Below, piece by piece: positions 8,645-18,276 of a stretch of DNA of 64,000 bases; the stretch's first letter is position 1, and every line of letters begins with the position of its first letter. The translations under genes were made by a program, and so were the position numbers. The DNA comes from a virus, in the IMG/VR virus record IMGVR_UViG_3300043788_000101, positions 1 through 64,000 of that record; one strand, written 5' to 3'. Under the pieces are notes generated by a model. The model was given only the letters and a program-made list of their open reading frames with translations. It did no database searches and was not told the origin of the DNA.

Positions 8645-9992
8645 CTTCGTTCCGATGCTGTCGCCGGAGTACGATAGCCCGCGGCACCTAAGGCCGCTGA
8701 CGTTTCAGCTCGAGCGGGCGCTCCGAGAGTCGGTCCGGTTTCTCTTCAGCGTTCCGCCGCAGCACGCCAAGACCTCGACGCTCGCGAGCGGCATCGTCTG
8801 GACGATGCTCCGCGACCCTACGCGGTCGCACATCTACGTCACCTACCAGACCAAGCGGACGCGCGAAGTCAGTATCCTGACCCGGAAGCTCGCGGAGCGC
8901 GCTGGGCTCCGGCCGGAAGGGACGCAAGACCTCTGGCGGCTGCCTGAGGGCGGCCAGATCAGCTTCACCTCGTTCGAGGGGCAGCTCGGCGGGACTCCCG
9001 CATCGGGGCTCATCATCGTCGACGACCCGCACAAAAACCGGGGCGAGGCGGAGTCGTCGATCGTCCGCGAGCACGTCTGGAGCGAGTTCAAGTCCTCGGT
9101 CATGACGCGTATGCACAATACGACGTCGGTGATAGTCGTTCACACACGCTGGACGCTCGACGACCTCATCGCGCGGCTCGAGAAGCAGCCGGACCCGATC
9201 GACCCGGAGCGCAAGCTCTGGACCTACAAGAACCTGCCGGCCATCAACGAGGCGGGCGAGCTTCTATGGCCGGAGCACAAGTCGCATCGACTCATCGAGG
9301 AAGCTCGGGCGCGCGGCGAGTACGATTGGTGGTCGCTCTACATGGGCGAGCCGCGTCCGCCGGGTGGGACAGTCTTTCGAGACGTCCAATACTACGACGA
9401 GCTTCCGAAGACGTACCGCGTAGCATTCGGCCTGGACCTCGCCTACACGGCGACTGCTAGATCGGACTATTCGTGCGCGGTTGTGCTCGCCGAAAGCGGC
9501 GGCAACTACTACGTGCTCGACGTCAAGCGTGATAGATGCGCGCCGTATGAGTTCGCCCCGAAGCTTCGCGAGATTCACGCGATGTACCCCGGCGCGCAAG
9601 GCCTCTGGCATACCAGCTCGACCGAGACGGGCACGGCCGACCTGATGCGCAAGGAGATGGGCTTTCACGTTCGCAGCGAGATTGCGAAGGGGAAAGGCTA
9701 CCAGCGCGCGCAGCCGGTCGCAGCGGCGTGGAATCCGCGCGAAGGCAAGCCGGGCCGAGTATTTCTACCGCGCGACAAGCCATGGGTGTCCGAGTTCGTG
9801 ACCGAGATCCTCAACTTCACCGGAGACGAGCGTCAGCACGATGACCAAGTGGTAGCGTTGGCGAGCGCGTTCACGCAGCTCGGGAGCACGGTGACGGAAG
9901 TGCCCCGCGCCTTCCCAACCAAGTTCACCAAGCAAGTCGGGGGCGGTCCCGTGTTTCCGCAGGGCGACAAGGGCGGCGGGTTCGTATGGTGA
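8511..9992 (+). CDS. terL: Terminase large subunit
   Basis: Walker A VPPQHAKT, Walker B IIVDDPHK, HTRW..DDL, nuclease motifs GLDLA..SDYS and HDDQV; start uncertain. Confidence 0.95.
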   Translation: MTPPNSATPNFETLRQALGPRPPRELSAAAELERRRRLRAAGLLDFVPMLSPEYDSPRHLRPLTFQLERALRESVRFLFSVPPQHAKTSTLASGIVWTMLRDPTRSHIYVTYQTKRTREVSILTRKLAERAGLRPEGTQDLWRLPEGGQISFTSFEGQLGGTPASGLIIVDDPHKNRGEAESSIVREHVWSEFKSSVMTRMHNTTSVIVVHTRWTLDDLIARLEKQPDPIDPERKLWTYKNLPAINEAGELLWPEHKSHRLIEEARARGEYDWWSLYMGEPRPPGGTVFRDVQYYDELPKTYRVAFGLDLAYTATARSDYSCAVVLAESGGNYYVLDVKRDRCAPYEFAPKLREIHAMYPGAQGLWHTSSTETGTADLMRKEMGFHVRSEIAKGKGYQRAQPVAAAWNPREGKPGRVFLPRDKPWVSEFVTEILNFTGDERQHDDQVVALASAFTQLGSTVTEVPRAFPTKFTKQVGGGPVFPQGDKGGGFVW

Positions 9993-10180
9993 TGCCGACA
10001 ACGTGCTCGTGCGGTCGCCACTTCTGGCACGACGTCATGCGAGTCTACGTCGCGCGCCTCTCGTCGGGCCTGGTCATCCTCAAGGCGCACGCGTGGCCGG
10101 TCTGCGTGCAGCAGCTCGACGCCGAGCGTCTGGCGCGGAGCGAAGAGGACACGCGACCAGACCTCGACGTCGTCAAGTGA
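9986..10180 (+). CDS. Hypothetical protein
   Basis: Overlaps terL stop and is coupled to next ORF. Confidence 0.5.
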   Translation: MVMPTTCSCGRHFWHDVMRVYVARLSSGLVILKAHAWPVCVQQLDAERLARSEEDTRPDLDVVK

Positions 10181-10599
10181 TCCCGAGGCGCCCTCATCCC
10201 AGCGACACTCCGAGCCGCCAGCCCGTCCTCGACTGGGTGCGAGCCAACGCGCCAGACCTTCGCCTCGGCAAGAAGCTGGAGGGCGATCACCGGGTCTGCT
10301 TCGCGCGCTTCACGTTCGCCGGAGTCGTCTACGAGTTTCGTGCGAGCGGCGAGGACTACGCGAACCCGGACGACGAGATCGTGCGGATGTGCGAAGCCGC
10401 GCAGCGCAAGGCCATGAAGCTCAAGTCGCCGCCGGGGCGCGTGCAGGGTCCTGGCCTCGAGCAGGCGATCATCGCCGCCGAGCTGGCCGGCGACCCGGGC
10501 GAGGTCGCGGCGCTCACGCAAGAACTCATGACAGGCAGGCCGCGCGAGGAGTCGCGCTTTCAACGCATTCCCACCAAGTGGGGCACACGGACCGTATGA
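10177..10599 (+). CDS. Hypothetical protein
   Basis: GTGA overlap; GC3-rich codons. Confidence 0.65.
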   Translation: MIPRRPHPSDTPSRQPVLDWVRANAPDLRLGKKLEGDHRVCFARFTFAGVVYEFRASGEDYANPDDEIVRMCEAAQRKAMKLKSPPGRVQGPGLEQAIIAAELAGDPGEVAALTQELMTGRPREESRFQRIPTKWGTRTV

Positions 10600-10775
10600 C
10601 GACCGAACGAGAAGACAAGCGAAAGCCTCGAGTCCCCCAAAGCCGAGTCGGCAGACGCCAGGCCCCGTCGCCCGTCGTGATCGTCCGCCGACGCTACACG
10701 GGCGCAGCCGGCGCAAGCATCGGAGACTTGCCAGACCGCGAAGCCTTCGACCGAGGGAGCCGCGTCACCAAGTGA
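10596..10775 (+). CDS. Small basic protein
   Basis: ATGA and GTGA overlaps. Confidence 0.5.
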   Translation: MTTEREDKRKPRVPQSRVGRRQAPSPVVIVRRRYTGAAGASIGDLPDREAFDRGSRVTK

Positions 10776-10966
10776 GCCAGCCGAGCGCGCAGGCGGAGCA
10801 AGACTTCGTCGAATGGGCGACACTCTGGCCGCTCGACAAACCCGAGCCGAGGGTCGAGCACGGGACTCGCTGGCGCTACTTCCGCAGCTTCTACAACGGG
10901 CCAACGCTCATCGGCGTCTTGCTCGGGTCGCGCTGGGAGCCGTGGCTCGCGAAGTACGTGATATGA
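10772..10966 (+). CDS. Hypothetical protein
   Basis: Coupled at both ends. Confidence 0.6.
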   Translation: MSQPSAQAEQDFVEWATLWPLDKPEPRVEHGTRWRYFRSFYNGPTLIGVLLGSRWEPWLAKYVI

Positions 10967-11199
10967 CCTCCGACCGCAAGCTCGCGCTCATCAAGCGCCA
11001 TGCGCCAACCTTCGTTCTCACCGAGTTCATTCACGGCGGGCAGCGCGGATGGTGCGCCACCGTGAAGGTCGGCGGCAAGCTCTTGAATCTCTCGGAGGTC
11101 GGGGCCCCCAAGTTTTTCAACATGATTCGCGACAACATCATCCAAGCCTGCTTCGAGGACGACCGAATCGTGCCGCGCCACGCGAGGCTTAGCGCCTGA
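10963..11199 (+). CDS. Hypothetical protein
   Basis: ATGA overlap. Confidence 0.6.
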   Translation: MTSDRKLALIKRHAPTFVLTEFIHGGQRGWCATVKVGGKLLNLSEVGAPKFFNMIRDNIIQACFEDDRIVPRHARLSA

Positions 11200-11570
11200 T
11201 GCCGAGGCCCGAGTTCTTCAAGTCCTCGCAGTTCACTGGCACAACGCCGGTACGATTCGACGGAGCCCCGGGCGGTCCGTTCGCGGGGGACACGAAGTGG
11301 CGTGGGGTCAAGGACTTCCAACATTCGACTTTGTGTCGTGCATTTTCCTTGTCGCAGTCGGCCTTCTTTTTTGACTTGCCAAGCACGGTGCGCGGCATCG
11401 GCTCTAGCAGTGGAGCCCACTCTAGCACGCGTCGCCTCATCAACGGCTACGTCATGATGGCAGGACGCGACACGCCAGTGGGCAAACTCACCATCATCAC
11501 CGGCGCGGACAAGTTTCGCGATGGGGATCCGCTGAGCGAGCGCGAGTTCTTCGACCTTTCGACGAGCTGA
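11199..11570 (+). CDS. Hypothetical protein
   Basis: TGATG overlaps at both ends. Confidence 0.55.
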   Translation: MPRPEFFKSSQFTGTTPVRFDGAPGGPFAGDTKWRGVKDFQHSTLCRAFSLSQSAFFFDLPSTVRGIGSSSGAHSSTRRLINGYVMMAGRDTPVGKLTIITGADKFRDGDPLSEREFFDLSTS

Positions 11571-11854
11571 TGGCCGAGACAAGCGACATTCCCGATCACG
11601 TTGTGCGGATGATTGAGCAGCTGACCGCCATCATCACGGACAGCACGGCGCCAAACGTCACACGCGGCTACGCAATGCGAGACCTCGCGCGGCTCTGCGA
11701 GAGCCACTGCCCGCATCTCGAGCTAGTCGCCACCGAGCGGCAACGATTCGCGGAGGCTCTGGGTAAGCTCGGCGCCGAGCGCGCGCTCCCTTACGAGCCC
11801 GCCACCGCACCAACGATAGTTCCTTCAGGCAGTGACGAGGCAGGCACGCGATAA
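11570..11854 (+). CDS. Hypothetical protein
   Basis: TGATG overlap. Confidence 0.6.
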   Translation: MAETSDIPDHVVRMIEQLTAIITDSTAPNVTRGYAMRDLARLCESHCPHLELVATERQRFAEALGKLGAERALPYEPATAPTIVPSGSDEAGTR

Positions 11855-11896
11855 ACCGCGGCCCGCCCACCTGGGCCGCTCCAGGGAGACACTCGA

Positions 11897-12349
11897 ATGA
11901 ACGCAGCATCGATCGCCGCAGCGAACAAGCACAACGCGACGCAGTTTCTCACCAAGTACGGATGCATCGCGGCGCGTATCGGCACAGACCACATGATCAA
12001 GCTCCGCGTCGATTGGACGACCGAGCAAGGTCGCATGGTGCGCAAGGGCACGAACGTCCAGCTCTCGTGCCAGGACATCACGCGGCACCCCGAGCTGACC
12101 AAGGCGCCCGGTGTCGTCAAGTGGCACTGCGTCTACTGCCGGCAGGACTGGGATACGAAAGAGGAGCTTCTCGCTTCTCACCCGGACAACCGCATCCTCG
12201 CCAAGCAAAACGAGACGCACCTCTACTACGCGACGGCGCAGCGGGCGGCAGCACCGGGCAAGGCGGCCAAGATGGACGGCAACAAGGTCGTCGCCGAGGC
12301 GGTCGAGCCGACGGAAAGCGTGGCCATGTTGCTCTCGGATGAAGAGTAG
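11897..12349 (+). CDS. Hypothetical protein with CxxC...H Zn-finger-like motif
   Basis: GGGAG RBS; HCVYCRQDWDTKEELLASH. Confidence 0.7.
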   Translation: MNAASIAAANKHNATQFLTKYGCIAARIGTDHMIKLRVDWTTEQGRMVRKGTNVQLSCQDITRHPELTKAPGVVKWHCVYCRQDWDTKEELLASHPDNRILAKQNETHLYYATAQRAAAPGKAAKMDGNKVVAEAVEPTESVAMLLSDEE

Positions 12350-12381
12350 ACGAAAGGCATAAAGCCCGAGGGGCTAGCTAG

Positions 12382-14289
12382 ATGGCAAACCCCACGAACG
12401 GAGGCGGCTGGAACAACGGCCCTCAGCCTAGCAACGGCCAGACGGGCGTCTTGCGCGGCGCGGGCGGCAACACGCTTTACGACCAGTTCGGTAACTGGCT
12501 GCCGCCGACCAACGATCCCGCGTTTCAGCCGCCTGGCAATCCGCTCCGTGACGTAGGGGCGGCCAAGGCCCGCGCTCGCGTCATCAACCGCGAGATCCCC
12601 GACGTCGTCGTCGAGACGGGCTGGAGCCCGGGGACGATTCGCGCGGCGCTGATGGATCTGGTCGTCGGTCTTTTCGACCGGCCGAGCCAGCTGCACGAAA
12701 GCATCATGTCCGACTCGCGCGTGCAAAGCGCGATGAAGTCGCGAAGCGGCGGCCTTCTCGGTCGCGCCATCCGGTTCAAGATCCCCAAGCGGTTCAAGGA
12801 CGACGACCGCGCGATCGAATGCCACGCGGCGTGGGAGCGGCACTGGCCCTCGATGCACGCGGAGCCAGCACTCCTGCAGATGCTCGAGACCGCGCACTCG
12901 CTCGGCTTCTCCTACTCGCAGATTCTCTGGGACACGAGCCGGCGCATCTGGAAGCCGTATCTCGTCCCGTTCAACGCGCGCTACTGCTACTACCACTGGA
13001 CGCTCCGCACGCACGTCGCGGTCACGCTCGACGGGCAGCTTCCCATCACGGGTGGCGACGCGCACTGGGTCCTGCACGCTCCTTACGGGAGCTACCGCGG
13101 CTGGATGTTCGGGGCGCTGCGGTCGATCGCGCAGTGGTACCTCGCGCGCAACTACGCCCTTCGCGACTGGGCCCGCTACTGCGAGCGCCACGGCTTCCCC
13201 ATCCCACTCGCCGACACGCCGTTCGGCGCAGACCCGCAAGACATCGCGGCCTACCAGGCGCAGCTCGCCAACCTCGGACAAGAGTCCGTCATGCAGCTGC
13301 CGGGTTCGGTCGACGTCAACAAGTACGGCAAGTACGACCTACGCTACCTCGAGCCGACCGACGACAACTGGCAGGCGTTCAAGGCGCTCATCGAGCAGTG
13401 CAACGATGAGATCACGCTCTCGCTTCTCGCGCAAAACCTCACGACGCAAGTCAAAGAGGGAAGCTTCGCGGCCGCGCGCGTGCACGCCGACGTGCGCCAG
13501 GCGCTGCTGGAGGCCGACGCGAGGGCGCTCGCCAAGACGCTCTACGTTCAGGTCGCGCGCCCGTTCGCGGCCATCAACTTCGGCGACGCGAACCTCGCGC
13601 CCGAGATCACGTGGGACGTCCGGCCGCCCGAAGACCTCAAGACGAAGGCCGAGACCGCCGAGTCGCTGTTCGTTGGCATGGCGCAGCTTCGCCAAGCGGG
13701 ACTTCGGATCAAGAACCCGGAGAAGTTCGCCCGCCGCTTCGGCATCCTCGGTCTCGAGCTTGAGGAAATCGATCCGCTCCAGGTCGAAGCCAAGCTCGCG
13801 CAAGCCACGGGCAAGGTGGACGCTGGAGACAACGCTACACCGACTGCCGACGACGAAAAGAAAAAGAGCAAGAAGTCCGACGAGCAAGACGAGGGCAAGG
13901 AAGACAAGGGCGAGGAGAGCGCCCTGTCTAGGTCCGAGCTTCGCCGCGTCGAACGCCGCCGCACGGCGCGAATGGTCGCCAAGGCCACGCGCAGGGCGGC
14001 CCGCGCGGTCATTGCCCCAGCGCTCGCGACGGTCGAAGCGCAAAGCGTGGACACGGCCGAGCGGCTGGCCGCCTTCGGGGCGCAGCTCGCTGAGCTTTCG
14101 TCGAGAGAGCCGCCTCCACCGCCACCAGCGCCCGAGCCACCGCCCGAGCCAGAACTGTCCTTCGCACAACGTAACGCGGGTTTCCTCGCCGACCTGAAAG
14201 AGATGCGCGACCTCGGACTGAAGACGGACAGAGACGCGATCGAGCGGCTCGCAGAGCTTCACGGCGTGCCGCCCCCTGAGGTCGAGTAG
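12382..14289 (+). CDS. Portal protein, DUF935/Mu gp29-like, with C-terminal low-complexity extension
   Basis: WARYCERHGFP, CNDEITLSLLAQNLTT, GSFAAARVHADVR motifs; position after terL. Confidence 0.9.
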   Translation: MANPTNGGGWNNGPQPSNGQTGVLRGAGGNTLYDQFGNWLPPTNDPAFQPPGNPLRDVGAAKARARVINREIPDVVVETGWSPGTIRAALMDLVVGLFDRPSQLHESIMSDSRVQSAMKSRSGGLLGRAIRFKIPKRFKDDDRAIECHAAWERHWPSMHAEPALLQMLETAHSLGFSYSQILWDTSRRIWKPYLVPFNARYCYYHWTLRTHVAVTLDGQLPITGGDAHWVLHAPYGSYRGWMFGALRSIAQWYLARNYALRDWARYCERHGFPIPLADTPFGADPQDIAAYQAQLANLGQESVMQLPGSVDVNKYGKYDLRYLEPTDDNWQAFKALIEQCNDEITLSLLAQNLTTQVKEGSFAAARVHADVRQALLEADARALAKTLYVQVARPFAAINFGDANLAPEITWDVRPPEDLKTKAETAESLFVGMAQLRQAGLRIKNPEKFARRFGILGLELEEIDPLQVEAKLAQATGKVDAGDNATPTADDEKKKSKKSDEQDEGKEDKGEESALSRSELRRVERRRTARMVAKATRRAARAVIAPALATVEAQSVDTAERLAAFGAQLAELSSREPPPPPPAPEPPPEPELSFAQRNAGFLADLKEMRDLGLKTDRDAIERLAELHGVPPPEVE

Positions 14290-14723
14290 TGGCCGGCGTC
14301 ATCTACAACTGTACCAAGGCGATGTTCGCGGGGGACACCGACTGGGCGTCGCCCGCGCAGACGTACAAGGCGCTTCTCGCAACCGACGATTACGAGCCCA
14401 AGGCCTCGCATCGGCGCGTGAGCGACGTCGAAGCGGAACTCTCCGGCAAAGGCTACGAGCGCCAGACGCTACACGGCCGGAGCATCGTCGCCAACGAGAC
14501 GGACGGTCGCGCGGACTGCCACGCCGAGGCCGTGACCTTCGGCAAGCTCGCAACCAAGGAGAGCTACCGCTGGCTCGTCGTTTATCGCGAGCGCGACAAC
14601 GACGCGCGTTCCGAACTCGTGTGCGCGGTCGATATGGACGAAGTCTCGCTCGCGGGAATCAGCGAGCACACGATCCGCTGGGACGGCGAAGAGAAACAAG
14701 GACGAGTCTTCTCGCTCCGATAG
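14289..14723 (+). CDS. Putative virion protein
   Basis: DW...YKALL..DDY.P...ELSGKGY resembles minor structural proteins. Confidence 0.55.
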   Translation: MAGVIYNCTKAMFAGDTDWASPAQTYKALLATDDYEPKASHRRVSDVEAELSGKGYERQTLHGRSIVANETDGRADCHAEAVTFGKLATKESYRWLVVYRERDNDARSELVCAVDMDEVSLAGISEHTIRWDGEEKQGRVFSLR

Positions 14724-14737
14724 GAAACACTCCCACA

Positions 14738-15595
14738 ATGAGCAACTGCCTCTTCGGCCTCGGCCGCAACGACTTTCTGACCAAGGTCCTCAACTGGACC
14801 TCCGACACCAACAAGGCGACGCTGCTCTCGATGAGCACGCAGGCCGGCAAGATCTATCTCGTGACCGGGGCGACCAATGCCTCGCCCATCGTGCTCAGCC
14901 TCACATCGACTACGGGTATCACGACGGGCGATATCGTCGTCGTCGGCGGCGTCGGCGGAAACCTCGCAGCGAATGGGACATGGCAGGTCGGCACGGTCGT
15001 CGCAAACACGTCGATTCAGCTTCTCACACGTCTCGACGGAAACAACTCCACGGGCAGTGGAGCCTGGACAAGTGGCGGCTGGATCATCGACGTGTCGAGC
15101 GCAGCGACGCTCAGCGACGTGTCCGCAAACACCATCGGGACGGACGTCGCGCTATCGGGCGAGACTGCCACTCTCGGCGTTGCGAACGCGAGCAGCTGGA
15201 CGTGGACGAGCCTCACGGCCACGGAAGCCTGGGCGGTTGCTATCTACAGCAACACCGCATCGAACGACCTTATTGCCTTCTACGACGGGACCTATCAGGT
15301 CTACGTCATCACTCAAACCGCGGCGACATCGACAAGCATCCCGGTCGCGCGGCTATCGGTTCAGATTCCGAGCGGTAGCGTGCTCAACTTCTCAGACGGC
15401 ACGACGGCGACATTGACCGCGCAGGCGAACGTAGGCGACACGTCGCTGACGGTTTCGTCGACGGCGGCGATCATTCATCGACAGGCAACGGCGGACGTAA
15501 CTACGCTGGCCGCGGGTCTGCCCGTTACGCCGGCCTCTGGAGGTTCGCTGCAGTTCACGCCTTCGAGCGGAGTCAACAAGCTCTTTGCGCTCTAG
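14738..15595 (+). CDS. Putative virion protein with FCCH-like beta module
   Basis: VTGATNASPIV...GITTGDIVVVGGVGGNLAANGTW; Thr/Ser rich. Confidence 0.7.
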   Translation: MSNCLFGLGRNDFLTKVLNWTSDTNKATLLSMSTQAGKIYLVTGATNASPIVLSLTSTTGITTGDIVVVGGVGGNLAANGTWQVGTVVANTSIQLLTRLDGNNSTGSGAWTSGGWIIDVSSAATLSDVSANTIGTDVALSGETATLGVANASSWTWTSLTATEAWAVAIYSNTASNDLIAFYDGTYQVYVITQTAATSTSIPVARLSVQIPSGSVLNFSDGTTATLTAQANVGDTSLTVSSTAAIIHRQATADVTTLAAGLPVTPASGGSLQFTPSSGVNKLFAL

Positions 15596-15601
15596 CACGA
15601 G

Positions 15602-16651
15602 ATGATTCTCCTCACATCGACGTCTGACCTTGTCCAGGTTGTCACAAGTGCAGGCCTGACGGTCCACGTCCAAGCCAGCTACGTCGACGTCAGCGGGTCG
15701 ACGGTCACGCCGGGTCGGCTCAACACGATCATCTCGTCGGCTGCGACCACGACAGTAGTTGGGTCGCCCGCGTCCTCGACGCAGCGCAACCTGAAGGAGC
15801 TATCGGTCTTCAACACGTCCAGCACGACGGCGGAGACCGTGACGGTCCAGCATACGGACGGGTCGAACGTCATCGACCTATTCTCCATCTCGCTCAACCC
15901 CGGTTCATGCATCAAGTACGACGACCTGTCCGGGTGGAAGACCTACGACAACCTCGGCAACATGATGCAGAGCATCTCGTCGCCGGGGCGCCTACTGCGC
16001 TCGACGCTGCTGACGAGCACGTCGGCCTCCACGTCCTTCACGACCGGCAGCGGGACCAACACGATCCGCGTGCGGCAGTGCGGCGGCGGCGGTCAGGGCG
16101 GCGGTGTTTCTACAACGACTGGTGAGGTCGGTGCTGGCGGTGGTGCGGGGGCATCTGCTGAGGCGATTTTTGCAGCATCCCCAAGCCTTGGATGCACGTA
16201 TCAGTGTGGCACGGGAGGGACTACAGGCGGGACCGGCGCGGGTGGGCAAGCGGGCGCGAATACGACGTTCGTCATCAACGGTGTGACGCTTACGAGCCCA
16301 GGGGGCTCTGGTGGCGCTGCCCAGACGGGCGCCGTCGCCGTCAATGCTCTCGGAGGCGCGGGCGGCGCCGTCTCGACAATCTCGTCTGGTTCGGCCGTTT
16401 ATTTGGCGGCGGGCGCGAACGGTAACAACAGCACGGCGTCTGCCACTGCGGCGGACGGCATTTCTGGCTGCGGCGGCTCGACTCCGTTCGGCGGCGGTGC
16501 GAATGGCCAGGTTGAATCAGCGAACGCGACGGGTCTTAGTGCAGCGGCGCTCGGGTACGGCGGAGGCGGTGGTGGTGCTGCTGGTACTGGAACAGCCCGA
16601 GCGGGCGGTGCGGGTGCGCAGGGCTGCGTGATCGTCGACGAATATTCTTAG
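15602..16651 (+). CDS. Glycine-rich fibre-like protein
   Basis: GGGGQGGG...GGAGAQGCVIVDEY C-terminal Gly-rich domain. Confidence 0.75.
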   Translation: MILLTSTSDLVQVVTSAGLTVHVQASYVDVSGSTVTPGRLNTIISSAATTTVVGSPASSTQRNLKELSVFNTSSTTAETVTVQHTDGSNVIDLFSISLNPGSCIKYDDLSGWKTYDNLGNMMQSISSPGRLLRSTLLTSTSASTSFTTGSGTNTIRVRQCGGGGQGGGVSTTTGEVGAGGGAGASAEAIFAASPSLGCTYQCGTGGTTGGTGAGGQAGANTTFVINGVTLTSPGGSGGAAQTGAVAVNALGGAGGAVSTISSGSAVYLAAGANGNNSTASATAADGISGCGGSTPFGGGANGQVESANATGLSAAALGYGGGGGGAAGTGTARAGGAGAQGCVIVDEYS

Positions 16652-16674
16652 TCCAAACTCCTGACGTGTGAGCC

Positions 16675-17061
16675 ATGCCGAAGCTACAACCGACGCTCGA
16701 GGGGGCCGGCGCCTTCCTGGGCGGAGGCCAGTGGCATTGCCCGGGGCCGCAGCGCGTCATCGAGTGTCACGCGGGCTGGGGCACTGAGAGGCCGATAGCG
16801 GCCGGCAACGTCCGCGTCGTCCAGATCGCGACGCTCGACGGCGCGGTCCCGCCGCTGACGATCGGCGACGGGGAGAACGACTACGTACGGAGCGACGCGC
16901 GGGTGGTCGGCGGTTTGCCGCCCGGCGGCGTCGCAGTCATCTACCGGGCGACGATCGCCGTCGCGCGCGTCGCGCTGCACGGGCAGGCGCCGCCGGTGCG
17001 GATCGTCTTCTCGACCCCGGCGGAGTCGCCGACCGTGACCCTCTACGAGTTCGCGCCTTGA
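16675..17061 (+). CDS. Hypothetical protein
   Basis: ORF coupled to next gene. Confidence 0.6.
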   Translation: MPKLQPTLEGAGAFLGGGQWHCPGPQRVIECHAGWGTERPIAAGNVRVVQIATLDGAVPPLTIGDGENDYVRSDARVVGGLPPGGVAVIYRATIAVARVALHGQAPPVRIVFSTPAESPTVTLYEFAP

Positions 17062-17780
17062 GCTACGGCCTCGTCCAGACGGCGACGACGCTCAACGGCG
17101 GCACCTCGCAGACCGCGACCTACGCGTCAGCCCAGACGGCCGGTAACCTGAACGTCGCCGCGGTCTACCTGGCGAACACCGGGACGCAGGCCGCGATCAC
17201 CAGCATCAAGGACACGAAGACCAACGGCGTCGGCGGCGCGTACGAGGTGCCGAGCGGCGGCAGCGGCACGGTCAGCGGCACCGACGTCGCGGCGATCTAC
17301 TACGCCTTCAACATCGCGGCAGCGGCGGCGAGCGCCAACGTCGTCACGATGCTCAGCAACGCCGACGGCACGTTCGGCACCTTCACGATCGCCGAGTTCT
17401 CCGGCGTCATGTCGACGGCCGACCCGACCGACGGTGCGAATAGCGCCAATCAGCCGAGCGGCGGCGACACGCTCCCAACCGTCACGGTCACGACGAGCGT
17501 ATCGAACGATCTGGTCGTATCGACGTGCGCGGGCGACATCGGGCAGAGCGCGGTCGGCACGATCAGCGGTGTGACGGCAACCGCGGTCCACATCGCCAAC
17601 TTCACCGTCAGCCAGTACGGGACCGGCACGAGCATGAGCGTCGTCGTCGACGCGAATTCGACCGACGACATCTGGCTCATCACTGCGGCCGCCTTCAAGG
17701 CGATACTAAGATTTTCGGACATCATTCCGATGATCGGTGGGGGCCGAGACGGGCGAAACAGCGTGCTGTTCAAGATGTGA
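17058..17780 (+). CDS. Putative virion beta-sandwich protein
   Basis: LVQT...AQTAGNLNVAAV...ITSIKDT...IAEFSGV; TTGA overlap. Confidence 0.65.
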   Translation: MSYGLVQTATTLNGGTSQTATYASAQTAGNLNVAAVYLANTGTQAAITSIKDTKTNGVGGAYEVPSGGSGTVSGTDVAAIYYAFNIAAAAASANVVTMLSNADGTFGTFTIAEFSGVMSTADPTDGANSANQPSGGDTLPTVTVTTSVSNDLVVSTCAGDIGQSAVGTISGVTATAVHIANFTVSQYGTGTSMSVVVDANSTDDIWLITAAAFKAILRFSDIIPMIGGGRDGRNSVLFKM

Positions 17781-17795
17781 AAGGCGTGGACCTGA

Positions 17796-18272
17796 ATGAG
17801 TAAAGTTTGGACAGTGATCGGTCCAAAGACCGCGGTCACTGCCGCGCAAGACTTGATGGAAATTGCCCCGGCGGCTGGGCGCCCTGTCGAAATCCTATCG
17901 GTACGCATCGGGCAGAACAATCGATCGCAAGACGCCGAAGACGCCATGCAGCGCGTTCAGATCTTGCGAGGTCACACGACAACGGGAAGCGGCGGCAGCA
18001 GTGAGACGCCTGCCGCGCTGACGAGTCCGAGCGACGGAGCCACATGCGGGGCTACGTGCGCGGCATTCAATACGACGCCCGCGAGCGGCGGCACCGCAGT
18101 CACGCTCGTGGAAGATTGCTTTGACGTGCGCGCCGGATGGCTTTACGTGCCGACACCGGATGAAAGACCCCAGGCGCCGGTGACAACGAACCGCATCGTC
18201 GTGACGCTGCCGGACGCGCCGAGCGCGAGCACAAACTTTTCGATTACGGTGAACTTCCGCGAAATAGGATAA
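17796..18272 (+). CDS. Putative virion protein
   Basis: Intact ORF in structural block. Confidence 0.65.
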   Translation: MSKVWTVIGPKTAVTAAQDLMEIAPAAGRPVEILSVRIGQNNRSQDAEDAMQRVQILRGHTTTGSGGSSETPAALTSPSDGATCGATCAAFNTTPASGGTAVTLVEDCFDVRAGWLYVPTPDERPQAPVTTNRIVVTLPDAPSASTNFSITVNFREIG

Positions 18273-18276
18273 GACC

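Noticed and set aside
12226-14262. Long Arg-rich alternative-frame and antisense ORFs here and throughout
   Set aside because: Expected shadows of GC-rich coding sequence; no RBS, motifs or coupling
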